The notes under the pieces: model-generated
Databases searched by the model: none
The model's input: only the letters and a program-made list of their open reading frames with translations
What the model was told of the DNA's origin: nothing
Assembly: GCA_015523565.1 (NCBI GenBank)
Contig: WAKA01000031.1
Location: 1-20,511 of the forward strand
Direction: 5' to 3'
Length of the DNA: 20,511 bases
Source of the DNA: Candidatus Heimdallarchaeota archaeon
Lineage (GTDB): Archaea; Asgardarchaeota; Heimdallarchaeia; Heimdallarchaeales; Kariarchaeaceae
Translations under genes and position numbers: made by a program
In this document: positions 7,102 through 16,301 of the stretch, piece by piece
How the letters are laid out: each line of letters begins with the position of its first letter
How positions within the stretch are numbered: the first letter of the stretch is position 1

Positions 7102-7959
7102 TCAGATAAGATGGAGTCCTTCCCTTTTGGCAAACTGTTCCACTTTCTTCAGGAGGAAGATTGCAAGCATCCAATAGAATGCCGCAAAGGTGGCGAGTGT
7201 GAACCAGAGGAGGGAGACGGGCATGATTGGGTGCCATATTTCACCCAATGCGTAATAGCGCACAAGGTCAATGCCGTATGTATATGGGAGCAGGAGGCTG
7301 ATCCCTTGGACAGATGGCGGGAGGGCGGATATTGGGAATAGGAAGCCGCTAAGGAATGTAAAAACGGTTCCGATGATGCCGACCAAGTTGTTGGTTTGTT
7401 TGTACATAATTGCCAAGAGGCTGATCATCACGCCAAAGGCCATGAGAACCGAGACGGTTGCAATGACTGCCAAGATCATCAATATGAAGGAGGTTGGGGG
7501 CATGTGGGAGAGGATGACCATTGCCGCAAGGAGAGGGACGATAAAGACGGAAGAGAAGGCGGCGGAGGAGAGGATATTGCCGATGAAATACCCTACCCTT
7601 GAATGGGGGTTGAAAAAGAGGTATTCCAGGGTTCCGTTATAGAGGTCACGGTTGACGCTGTTGATTGGTTTCCAGAGGGCGACACCGTCAAAAAAAACGA
7701 TGATGAGTCCAGAAAGGAAGAAGACAATGGTTTGGTTGAAATTGAGCGTGGTGTCCATATTGAAAACAAAGGCAGTGGCCATCAGGGCAAACATGACGAT
7801 CAGCATGAATGATTGGATTTGATTGGCGATGAGGTTTGCCCTGTATCGCAGGGTTATACGGAATTCCTTGAGAAAGGAGGATTTCACTACATGGAAGAAT
7901 GACACAGGTTTGGATTTTGAGTGCGGAGCCATGATTGCGGAGCTTACTTGGTAAGTCAT
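7102..7959 (-). CDS. ABC-2 type exporter permease
   Basis: KEFRITLRYR, DLYNGTLEYLFFNP and LSGFLFPISALP motifs; ATGA overlap with the ATPase stop codon. Confidence 0.93.
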   Translation of the reverse strand: MTYQVSSAIMAPHSKSKPVSFFHVVKSSFLKEFRITLRYRANLIANQIQSFMLIVMFALMATAFVFNMDTTLNFNQTIVFFLSGLIIVFFDGVALWKPINSVNRDLYNGTLEYLFFNPHSRVGYFIGNILSSAAFSSVFIVPLLAAMVILSHMPPTSFILMILAVIATVSVLMAFGVMISLLAIMYKQTNNLVGIIGTVFTFLSGFLFPISALPPSVQGISLLLPYTYGIDLVRYYALGEIWHPIMPVSLLWFTLATFAAFYWMLAIFLLKKVEQFAKREGLHLI

Positions 7960-8921
7960 TGTTTCACCTCGTCCTTGAATTCACCGATGAAATGCATGAA
8001 GGCATCCTCCAAGGAGACCTCATGATGCTTGAAACCGCCTTCAATGCCATGTTCCTTCATGAAGCCAAGAAGTTGCTGTGTGCCGTCAAACAAGTCTGAC
8101 AATCCAAATCGGTGCCATAGGGTTCCGTTGTCGTATGTCTTGTGTGAGACAATAGTTGGAAGGTCAAGTATCTGGTCGATGAGGGATTGGTCAAGATATG
8201 TTGCTTGGATGTCAATGAAGTTGGCGGCTCCGACAGAGGCTTTCAATTCCGCAGGGGTTCCTGTGACAGGGGTTTTTCCTTTGTTTATCAGAGTGCATCT
8301 GTCTGCCAGCTCGTCGACTTCAGGCAGGATGTGGGATGTCAAGAGGAGGGATCGATTGTCTTCTTTCACGTATTCCTTAAGGAAACGCCGAATGTTGGCT
8401 GCGGCAAAGGGGTCCAGACCTTTTGTGGGCTCATCCAAAAAGAGGATGGGAGGGTCATGCAGAAGCGAGCGCATAATGACGACAGCCTGTTTTTGTCCGC
8501 CCGAGAGGTGCATGAATTGCTTATCGAAAATGCTTTCCTCGAATTGGAACTTTTCATTGAGTTCTGTAATCTTGTCATCGACCTCATGTCTGGTCAAGCC
8601 TCGCAGGGAACCGAAGAAATGGAGGTTTTCCTTTGCAGTAAGTCTGGCGTAAGCGGATCTTTCGGTATCCTGTCCCACATATCCCAATATATGCCTGATT
8701 TCGTTGGCATTCTTGTCAAGGTCATATCCAAGGATTTCGATAGATCCCTTGTCTTTGGTGAGAAGAGTTGCCATGATCTTGATCAGGGTCGTCTTTCCAG
8801 CGCCATTCGGTCCAAGGAGTCCAAGGATTTCCCCTTGTTTCAATTCAAGGGAAGCCCCTTGGAGGGCGATTTTCTTTTTGTATGATTTCCACACATCATG
8901 GGCAACCAATACGGGTTTCAT
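7956..8921 (-). CDS. ABC exporter ATP-binding protein (DrrA/multidrug-like)
   Basis: Walker A GPNGAGKTT, Q-loop YVGQ, signature LSGGQ, Walker B ILFLDEP, H-loop LTSH and C-terminal SLEDAF. Confidence 0.96.
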   Translation of the reverse strand: MKPVLVAHDVWKSYKKKIALQGASLELKQGEILGLLGPNGAGKTTLIKIMATLLTKDKGSIEILGYDLDKNANEIRHILGYVGQDTERSAYARLTAKENLHFFGSLRGLTRHEVDDKITELNEKFQFEESIFDKQFMHLSGGQKQAVVIMRSLLHDPPILFLDEPTKGLDPFAAANIRRFLKEYVKEDNRSLLLTSHILPEVDELADRCTLINKGKTPVTGTPAELKASVGAANFIDIQATYLDQSLIDQILDLPTIVSHKTYDNGTLWHRFGLSDLFDGTQQLLGFMKEHGIEGGFKHHEVSLEDAFMHFIGEFKDEVKQ

Positions 8922-8944
8922 CAGATATCAGAAAGAAAAAACGA

Positions 8945-8952
8945 TTAATAAA
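8945..8952 (-). promoter_or_regulatory. TATA-like box of the ABC operon (probably leaderless)
   Basis: TTTATTAA on the minus strand, 24-31 nt upstream of ATG 8921. Confidence 0.5.
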
Positions 8953-9447
8953 CCATGTAATTGTGGTGGGTGCAATTTTAAACTTCAGGGTGAAAGATAA
9001 TGCGGGATTTTCAACCCCTTCTTTGGTGAATCCTGCAAATGTGGCAATTATGAAGAGTTTGGATGTAGATTTGAGAGGGAATCGATTGGAGAGCCATCAG
9101 AAAAACGAGAATGAAAGTTGCAATGGCATTGCTTCGTGATATACATTGATCAATAAATAAGACCAAACAAAGGATTACAAGGAACAGTGTACTTATGAGT
9201 AAGGCAAACATCGCGGTTACATTTAGACATTGTACTTCATTCACATTGACAGTTTTTAACGCTGTTCTTGAAATTCTTAGAAAGTCTTATTGATGAAACT
9301 CATAACTATCTTCTATGTGGCAGTGGGATTGGTCAGATTTATAGTCATGATTGTTAACGGGGTTAATCCAATAGGAGGGGGTGGAAATGGCGAATGCAAT
9401 ATTGCATCCCCGATTCCCACCTATTCCATTTGTCCAAGTTGATTGAC

Positions 9448-9915
9448 ATGACCTATCCAATAATGGTTTATGTTTTGATAATTGCCTCTGATAAGGTTCA
9501 GGATGCGTTTTTCAATGCAGTGCAGAATGGGGTGAGGGGTCACGGCAAGGTGATTGAGAATTTGGAGGGAAAGAAGGGGTTTAATCTGAGGTTGCCTTAT
9601 GGGTCAAATGAGACAGCCGACGGAACCACGTATATGACCTATTTTGCGGATAAGAATCCTCCGGAAATGATAAGAATGAACCCGATTATTCAGAAGGCTT
9701 TTGTGATAATAAGGGATGGAACATTGTCCGATATGGGGGAATGGATGGAATATATTGAAAGGGTGAAACAAGCTCCCGGAAAGGCATTTGGAGAGCCATA
9801 TGTACTTTGCTTTACGCTTGTGGAAGAAGAGAGTAATTGCAGGAAAATAGGGGGGATAGATGAGGATACAGTTGAGCAAATGTTTCTTGATTTGCACAAT
9901 TTGGTTCGTTCATAG
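9448..9915 (+). CDS. Hypothetical alpha/beta protein, possible degenerate small-GTPase fold
   Basis: About 155-aa ORF with protein-like composition; start at 9448 or 9463 (9394 less likely). The strand/helix pattern parallels Ras/Rab but the G1-G5 motifs are absent. Confidence 0.72.
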   Translation: MTYPIMVYVLIIASDKVQDAFFNAVQNGVRGHGKVIENLEGKKGFNLRLPYGSNETADGTTYMTYFADKNPPEMIRMNPIIQKAFVIIRDGTLSDMGEWMEYIERVKQAPGKAFGEPYVLCFTLVEEESNCRKIGGIDEDTVEQMFLDLHNLVRS

Positions 9916-9936
9916 GGAATGAGATTGAGATAGACT

Positions 9937-10662
9937 TCAGGGGGACAGGTAATACTGGCTTACCAAATTTCCGACACCTTCGCTGACGAATCCTGCAAAA
10001 ACGGCAATAATGAAGAATTTGGAAGCTGATTTGAGGGGGGATTGATTGGAGAGGTATCCTTTTAGGAAGCCGAGGGAGAAGAGTGCGATACCCGTGATGC
10101 CGATGGCGGTGTAATAGGCCATGGATCCAGAAGAGATCAGAAACGGGGTGACAGGGAACAATGCACCCAACACGAAAGCGAAAAACATGACAGTGGCGTT
10201 CAAATAGGGGTTTTCATCCTCGACCGAAGGCAGTCCAAGCACGCTGTCTTTGAAATTCTCGAAAAGGACCGTTTCATTCGATGAGATGACCTTGACAGCC
10301 TTGTACGCGGTGGGCTTGTCCAGTCCCGCATTCATGAATTCCTCCAAGAGGCTTTCTTGTGCCAGATATGGTTCTTTTTTGAAGTGCTCGTAAGCCTGAT
10401 TGATTTCTGCGAGCAACAGGTCCCTTTCCGCTTCTGATGAGAGGAGCGATCCGACAGCCATGGAGATCGCAGCGGCGAAGGCACCTGTGATACCGATGAC
10501 CGCGACAATGAACCCTTGATTGGGATAAGCGCCGTAAACACCTGCAACGAGTCCCAGAATTGAGATAAGACCGTCCTGCATTCCAAATACGAATTCCCTT
10601 GCCCTTCCTTTTAGTTCAATTCTCGACTTTACTTGTTCAATAGGCGCAAGATTCTTGGACAT
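9937..10662 (-). CDS. VIT1/CCC1 family Fe2+/Mn2+ transporter
   Basis: REFVFGMQDGLIS, AAAISMAVGSLLSSEAE, FAFVLGALFPVTPF and LFSLGFLKG motifs. ATG 10662 has a GGAGG RBS and lies 1 nt after the peroxiredoxin stop. Confidence 0.95.
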   Translation of the reverse strand: MSKNLAPIEQVKSRIELKGRAREFVFGMQDGLISILGLVAGVYGAYPNQGFIVAVIGITGAFAAAISMAVGSLLSSEAERDLLLAEINQAYEHFKKEPYLAQESLLEEFMNAGLDKPTAYKAVKVISSNETVLFENFKDSVLGLPSVEDENPYLNATVMFFAFVLGALFPVTPFLISSGSMAYYTAIGITGIALFSLGFLKGYLSNQSPLKSASKFFIIAVFAGFVSEGVGNLVSQYYLSP

Positions 10663-10663
10663 G

Positions 10664-11170
10664 TCATTCCTCCTTGACAGGATCGTAGTCTGCAGGGCAT
10701 AGGTTTCCGCTTTGGATGGCACGGAGCACCCGCATCGTTTCCTCAACAGACCTGCCGACATTACGGGAGGTGACCATTGTGAATTCAATATTCAATTGGG
10801 GACTTATAATGAATGTTGCACGATGGGCTCGGTTGTCTGCCTCATCGAGTACACCGAATGATTTTGCAATTTTTCCGTCTTCATCGGAGATCAGTGGGTA
10901 TTTTATCCCCAATTCCTTGATCCATTCCTTGTGCATGTCTACTGGATCAACCGATATGCCAATTATCTGGGTGTCAAGTTTCTTCACTTCTTCGATATGC
11001 CGGTTGAATCCAGTAACCTCAGTGGGACAGATGAAACTGAAATCTTCGGGATAGAAGAAGATAATTGACCATTTGCCTGCAAGATCCTTGTCGGAATATT
11101 CCCGAGTTGCAGAGCCGTTCACACCCAATGCAGAAAAGGACGGCACTTTGTCATTTATGGACAGCATCAT
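10664..11170 (-). CDS. ahpC: 2-Cys peroxiredoxin (AhpC/Prx1-like)
   Basis: FFYPEDFSFICPTE (PxxxS/TxxC peroxidatic motif), RATFII, NVGRSVEE, and resolving Cys in LCPAD. Confidence 0.93.
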   Translation of the reverse strand: MMLSINDKVPSFSALGVNGSATREYSDKDLAGKWSIIFFYPEDFSFICPTEVTGFNRHIEEVKKLDTQIIGISVDPVDMHKEWIKELGIKYPLISDEDGKIAKSFGVLDEADNRAHRATFIISPQLNIEFTMVTSRNVGRSVEETMRVLRAIQSGNLCPADYDPVKEE

Positions 11171-11319
11171 TCTCTCAGGGACAAGTCATTATTTGAATAT
11201 ATTTGCAAAGGTTGAAAAATTAAAGCAATGTTAAGCAAGGTTGTTTGGGATTGCAAGAAAGTGAAGAACAAGGCAGAAGGGGAAATGTAAAATATCAAAA
11301 GACCGAAAAATGTATGTGA

Positions 11320-12642
11320 GTGACTTCTGACAAGGTAACCTCAACAACATTGGCATTCACCAATGATGGGGTGTTGTTGAAGTATTATTACGCGTTCAGG
11401 AACAGCACGCCAAATACACTGACAACATCAGTTCAATTTGAGTTCCCATTCAGGATACACAGAATGAAAGCCAAGGACAAGGAGGGAGAATTGCAGGTTA
11501 CGCCGTTTGAGAATATCCTTCCACATACGACAATATCAGTGAACTTGAGGAGACCGGTTGCTTTCGGTCAAAAGCAGGCGTTCAAGATTTCTGCATTCAT
11601 AGAGCCAAAGGAGGGGATAGGGAAATGGAAAGAGACATATGTCATGGATTGGGGACAGGAAAACCTTGATGAGATAGTTTTCATAAGGACAAACCCATTG
11701 TTTGTTTCGGGTATTGGTCAATGGAAAAGGGAAAATGACAGCTATATCTTGACGCCTGTGCGGGGATGGAAGACACTGGTCAGCCATACAAGAAAGGGGA
11801 AGACCATTCGATTTGAGTGGGGAAAACCACCGAAATATCTCCTGAAAGAAGAGTTTATGCTTCGTGCAGATACACCGATTGATGATGTAAAGGTTAAATT
11901 CTTCATTCCTAGAAAAACAGAGGAACAAAGCACACGCATTGTCAAGGGGGGATGCGAGACAAAAATGGATCAAAGCAAGAATTTGGAGGCGGAAGCAACC
12001 ATGGAGAAACATGGGAATGGGGAATGGACTTATGAAATCCTATACGAGGTAAGTTTGCGGAAACGGTCTCCTGTCCCAAGTGATTTGGGGAAGTTCTCCA
12101 TAGTTGCAAAGATCGGGGAAAAGTTTCCAGATCTTGTAAAAGAGACGAAGCTTCTGGACTATTCTTCTGCAGAGATACAGGAACTTGCAAAAGCCATATC
12201 CAAAGACACAGATGACCTCAGGAAAATACTGCAATTGACCTTTGAATTTGTCAACCAGAAGATCCATTATTCAGAAAATGGAGAGAGATGGCCCGCCAGC
12301 AGAGTCCTGAAAGAGAGAGTTGGTGATTGCAGTGAATTCTCAGACCTTTTTATTGCAATATTAAGGTGTTTGGGCATTCCTGCATTTGGTGTGCTAGGAT
12401 ATGTGGTTGACCTCAGGGAGAAATCAATTGGCTACCATGAATGGGCCAAGGTTTTGACAGGGGCAGGATGGTTGCCATTCGACCCCACATGGGGATATTT
12501 TGGATCCGTCGGGATTTCACATATTGAGGTCGCACATGAAATTCATGGGCATGACACATGGTATTCTGGATTTAGGGCACAGGGAGACTTGAGCAAGGCA
12601 CATACTGAAACGAGGATAAGCCTGCTGGATGGGGAACCATAA
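11320..12642 (+). CDS. Transglutaminase-like domain protein (Cys-His-Asp triad)
   Basis: GDCSEFSDLFIAILRCLGIPA, YHEWAKV and GWLPFDPTWG in the C-terminal half; beta-rich N-terminal half; no signal peptide; GTG start. Confidence 0.92.
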   Translation: MTSDKVTSTTLAFTNDGVLLKYYYAFRNSTPNTLTTSVQFEFPFRIHRMKAKDKEGELQVTPFENILPHTTISVNLRRPVAFGQKQAFKISAFIEPKEGIGKWKETYVMDWGQENLDEIVFIRTNPLFVSGIGQWKRENDSYILTPVRGWKTLVSHTRKGKTIRFEWGKPPKYLLKEEFMLRADTPIDDVKVKFFIPRKTEEQSTRIVKGGCETKMDQSKNLEAEATMEKHGNGEWTYEILYEVSLRKRSPVPSDLGKFSIVAKIGEKFPDLVKETKLLDYSSAEIQELAKAISKDTDDLRKILQLTFEFVNQKIHYSENGERWPASRVLKERVGDCSEFSDLFIAILRCLGIPAFGVLGYVVDLREKSIGYHEWAKVLTGAGWLPFDPTWGYFGSVGISHIEVAHEIHGHDTWYSGFRAQGDLSKAHTETRISLLDGEP

Positions 12643-12802
12643 CTAAAACAATAAGGAGAGCAATATATTGTGAAAATTCAAATTAGGGAGGAGCAACAAG
12701 AACAAACCCAGAACTGTGAGATCAACAAAACATTTGAAAACGACCCCAGAATTGCCGACATACTGGAAAAATCCTTAAGACCCATGTATAGTCTTGGGAT
12801 AT

Positions 12803-13792
12803 GTGAAGCCCACAATATTGGTGACGGGAGCAACATCAGGACTGGGACTTTCCCATTCGATTTTTTTGTCATATCAGGGATATGATGTCATAGGTATTGC
12901 GCGCAGCGTTCCAAGTCTTGAGGAATTGGAAGAAAGGTACAGGAAGGATCATAGGAAGTATAAGATAAAGAATGGAAAGGTGATAGCTGGAAAATCCACA
13001 TTGCCAGCCGATATTGAAAGCAACCTGTCAGAAAAATTGGAGCTGATTAGATTTTACAAATGTGACATTACCAGTACAGAAAGCATGGAAGAGCTGTTCA
13101 ATTCAATTGACAAATTGGATGTATTGGTCAACAATGCAGGATTTGGGTTGTTCGGTTCTGCATTGCAATTGTCCTTGGAAAAAGAAAGAGAGCAGTTTGA
13201 GGTGAATGTGATTGGACAGCTTGAGATGGTAAAAAGATCCCTTCCTCTTTTGATGAAGTCAAATCAAGCAAAAATCATCAACACGGCATCTTTGGCGGCA
13301 TATTATGGCATTCCATTCCAAGGGCACTATTCTGCATCAAAAGCGGCCATCCATAAGCTGAGTGAATCATTGCGGCTTGAACTTAAGCCAACGGGTATAC
13401 AAGTGTGCACATTGGATCCAGGGGATATTAACACACCATTCAATTCATCATCGGTAAGGCAGACGACAGGGCAGGGGGCAGACATGCTTGACCTGGAAGG
13501 GTTGATGTCCTCCCTAGAATATCTGCCATTGCCTAGTTACTTGGATGACAAGACAAAGGAAGCAATAAAGCGCAATGAAAGGGAGGTCTGGAGGAACATT
13601 GTCAAGAATTTGGTAATTTCACCACCACCATTGGTTGTTTCAAGAAAATTAGAGAAAATCATACGAAAGAGAAAATGCAAGGTTCATTACAAAGTTGGCT
13701 CACGATTCCAAGTCATAGCAATAAGTGCGGCACAGAGGCTCTTTACAGATAACTTTGCAAATTGGTTAATGGGAAAATTCTATGGCTTATAG
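12803..13792 (+). CDS. Short-chain dehydrogenase/reductase (classical SDR)
   Basis: TGATSGLG, LVNNAG, catalytic Ser (NTASLA), YSASK and PGDINT. GTG 12803 has CCTTAAGA 23-30 nt upstream; TTG 12794 is the alternative start. Confidence 0.95.
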   Translation: MKPTILVTGATSGLGLSHSIFLSYQGYDVIGIARSVPSLEELEERYRKDHRKYKIKNGKVIAGKSTLPADIESNLSEKLELIRFYKCDITSTESMEELFNSIDKLDVLVNNAGFGLFGSALQLSLEKEREQFEVNVIGQLEMVKRSLPLLMKSNQAKIINTASLAAYYGIPFQGHYSASKAAIHKLSESLRLELKPTGIQVCTLDPGDINTPFNSSSVRQTTGQGADMLDLEGLMSSLEYLPLPSYLDDKTKEAIKRNEREVWRNIVKNLVISPPPLVVSRKLEKIIRKRKCKVHYKVGSRFQVIAISAAQRLFTDNFANWLMGKFYGL

Positions 13793-16195
13793 TTTCTTCC
13801 TTTTTCTCCTGATAAGCGAGAAGGAAAGTATGATAACACCAGTCAATAGTAAGGTGGCGGCAATTCCCCCGTACAACAGCAATGAATTAAAATCGTTTCC
13901 GGTTTGTGAGGGAGCTTCTGGTGATGAGGGAGATGAAGACGTGGTTGTCTCTATATTCAATTCTGGGTTCTTGGTTGCAATTTCCTTGAACTTGACTGTG
14001 GTAAGGGTTGGGAAATCCAATACAAGAGTTTTAGGTTGAATCCGTTCAATATTGATATCCAAGATGCCGTCTGCACTTGGAGGATTGCTCGAATAATTGA
14101 ATGCGAGAATAAAGCCATAGGTAACCCCGCTGAAACCAGGATAATAGAAATCTGCGGAATAATAGGTTGTGCCATTTACAGAGGATTGCTGAGGGACAAA
14201 CTTGATTATTTCTTCATTGGTGGATTGAAGGATGTACCCTATAAAAGAATGGTTGGCAGTTCGGATGCCAATATAATTGCCACCATCAGTCAAATCAAAG
14301 GTAAGACGATAGACAATTTCAGAGGCAGATGCATTCAAGGGGTCGGAAAAGTCATTGAACAATGAACCGCCCACATGGAATGATGATGGATCACGTTTTT
14401 CTTTCATGGTCCAATAGTCAAACCGTTCGATCTGGAGGGTTGCACCATAACTGGTGTTGTCATTTGCGATTGCTGTAGGAATGGAGACAGAAGAATTCCA
14501 AACAGTATTTCCAACATATGTGACCAAGAGCCATGAATTGCCCACAGTGTGATTCACAAGATTCTGGCTCAAGGCTGGTCCAAACTGGGTGCGATTGTCA
14601 GATGCATAGAATGGATCTGTAAGGCTTGCATATTGATCAAAGTGTTTTGAGTGGGAAACAATTTTTTGACCCAAAGAGTTGTACATTGAAAATGTAAAGG
14701 AAACAGAAAGGTTCAAGTGATCAAGGTACGTTGCCCGTAGTAGATCGAAGCTGATACTTGGACTTGGAAGCTTGAAAAGGGCAGTTTGGTTCAATTGCAA
14801 AGAAACTTTTGCAAGACTGTCCACTGACAACGAATTGGCATTCAAAATATTCATTTCAAATGAATTGGCGGAATTGGAAGGATCAGAAATGAGCACAACA
14901 TAATCTCCTGCTGGAAGAACCTTCAATGATCCAGGGTGTGTTTCCAAGCTTCCAACATTTATTAGTGAAAGGTCGCCAGTATCAAGAGAGTAAAAAGAGG
15001 CTTGAACAGCAGTTGAGGTGGCATTAAGTATCGGTAAGAAATCAGAAAGGGAGGAATATCGATAGATATTGTCATTGCCCGAAGGGAATGGCTCAATTTG
15101 GGTAGTTGTTGAAGGCAGGAGAGGAATCTCATTCTCATTGACCCAAAAAGAATATTCAGCAATGAAGCCTTCTGGAAGTCCGAGTCTCTCCTTTTCTCCC
15201 TTGACAAAAGGATCATTCTCATTTGGAGGAGAGATTTCCACAGCGACAAAAACATTGGAGGTGGAAAGAAAGGAGAGAGTGTTTGACAATTCAATTCCAA
15301 ACATTCCAAGTGAGGGGGAAAGGACACGGATCCGAATTTGTCCAAAAAGATCTACAGGGCGTGAATAATCATGTAGTTCATTGGGAATGTAAGTTAGTCC
15401 ACCCATCTGCATCATTGAAAGTGGAAAAGTCGAATTGTAAGCGTACAGCTTCAAGGTGGTTGCAGTTCCATTGATTTTTTCACTGATACCAGTATCAAAG
15501 TTCAAGGGAGACAATCCATCTATAATCTCCAATTTTTCAAGGACAAGATTGCCACTCAACGGTTCAAGAATGAAGACATGCCATCCAGAAGCAACGGGGA
15601 GAATTGTTTGCAGATCCAAGAGACCATTTGAAAGAGAGAGAGTATTGGAATAGACATTATCGGCAGGATCAATAATCGTCATTTTCAACTGCTCAGTAAT
15701 TTCATCGCCAGATATTTTCATGGAAATTGCCACAGGTACGTTTTCAGTAAGGTTTGATTGGAACACATGTAGCTTACCTGATTGCAGGACAACATTTTCC
15801 ATGCTTCCATTTTGAATTGGGAGGGCATTGTATGACACAGAAAGTGAGAAAAGGTCTGAAGAGCGTGTCAGGTTTTGGATCATGACCATTTTTTGGCTGG
15901 TCAAGCCGATATCGTTCAAGCCATTGATGCTCGTTTCAGGCAAACCAAAGGTCGAAGTGACCTTTTCCTCCTTTTTGTCAAACATCTGGATATTGACTTC
16001 GGGATTGTTACTTATTTTTGCATCCAATTGGTTCAGGAGATTTGAAGGGGTGAAAAAGGAGGAATTATTGAAATCTACACTGTATGTTTCAGATATTTTC
16101 CTGTGTTCAGGAAGGGAAATGGGAATCTGTCCTTGAACAGGGAAGATTGGAAATAGGAGGAAAATCAAAGGGAAAACCTTGATTGGTGTTTTCAT
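13787..16195 (-). CDS. Large secreted, C-terminally membrane-anchored beta-rich surface glycoprotein (802 aa)
   Basis: Signal peptide MKTPIKVFPLIFLLFPIFPVQG; many N-x-S/T sequons; Ser/Thr/Pro linker TTTSSSPSSPEAPSQT; TM helix and RRKRKKL tail. Overlaps the SDR stop by 6 bp. Confidence 0.88.
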   Translation of the reverse strand: MKTPIKVFPLIFLLFPIFPVQGQIPISLPEHRKISETYSVDFNNSSFFTPSNLLNQLDAKISNNPEVNIQMFDKKEEKVTSTFGLPETSINGLNDIGLTSQKMVMIQNLTRSSDLFSLSVSYNALPIQNGSMENVVLQSGKLHVFQSNLTENVPVAISMKISGDEITEQLKMTIIDPADNVYSNTLSLSNGLLDLQTILPVASGWHVFILEPLSGNLVLEKLEIIDGLSPLNFDTGISEKINGTATTLKLYAYNSTFPLSMMQMGGLTYIPNELHDYSRPVDLFGQIRIRVLSPSLGMFGIELSNTLSFLSTSNVFVAVEISPPNENDPFVKGEKERLGLPEGFIAEYSFWVNENEIPLLPSTTTQIEPFPSGNDNIYRYSSLSDFLPILNATSTAVQASFYSLDTGDLSLINVGSLETHPGSLKVLPAGDYVVLISDPSNSANSFEMNILNANSLSVDSLAKVSLQLNQTALFKLPSPSISFDLLRATYLDHLNLSVSFTFSMYNSLGQKIVSHSKHFDQYASLTDPFYASDNRTQFGPALSQNLVNHTVGNSWLLVTYVGNTVWNSSVSIPTAIANDNTSYGATLQIERFDYWTMKEKRDPSSFHVGGSLFNDFSDPLNASASEIVYRLTFDLTDGGNYIGIRTANHSFIGYILQSTNEEIIKFVPQQSSVNGTTYYSADFYYPGFSGVTYGFILAFNYSSNPPSADGILDINIERIQPKTLVLDFPTLTTVKFKEIATKNPELNIETTTSSSPSSPEAPSQTGNDFNSLLLYGGIAATLLLTGVIILSFSLIRRKRKKL

Positions 16196-16213
16196 AGCAA
16201 GCTTATTTTGATC

Positions 16214-16234
16214 ATCGTTCTTAAAGTAAACGAT
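16214..16234 (-). promoter_or_regulatory. Dyad ATCGTT-N9-AACGAT straddling a TATA-like box
   Basis: Inverted arms at 16214-16219 and 16229-16234. Minus-strand TTTAAGAA at 16218-16225 lies 23-30 nt upstream of ATG 16195. Confidence 0.4.
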
Positions 16235-16301
16235 TCATCAAGCGCATTCGATGAAAACCATGAGGAATTTTGAACAACAACCCTTAATTTTGCGGATTTT
16301 G

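Noticed and set aside
6269-7959. Duplicated permeases as a novel system
   Set aside because: Paired paralogous permeases (both ending GLHLI) with one ATPase are a common ABC-2 exporter layout.
8029-8885. Long antisense ORFs (207 and 232 aa) and similar shadow ORFs elsewhere
   Set aside because: They lie opposite well-supported genes and have non-protein-like composition.
9011-9244. 77-aa hydrophobic ORF upstream of the ABC operon
   Set aside because: No recognisable motif or translation signal. It may be real but cannot be supported.
10663-10788. N-terminal extension of the VIT1 ORF
   Set aside because: It lies within the peroxiredoxin CDS, and the RBS supports ATG 10662.
12661-12885. 71-aa ORF with an AAGGAG site and a CAATATATTG palindrome
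   Set aside because: It overlaps the SDR start and its TATA-like box, and no family features are visible.
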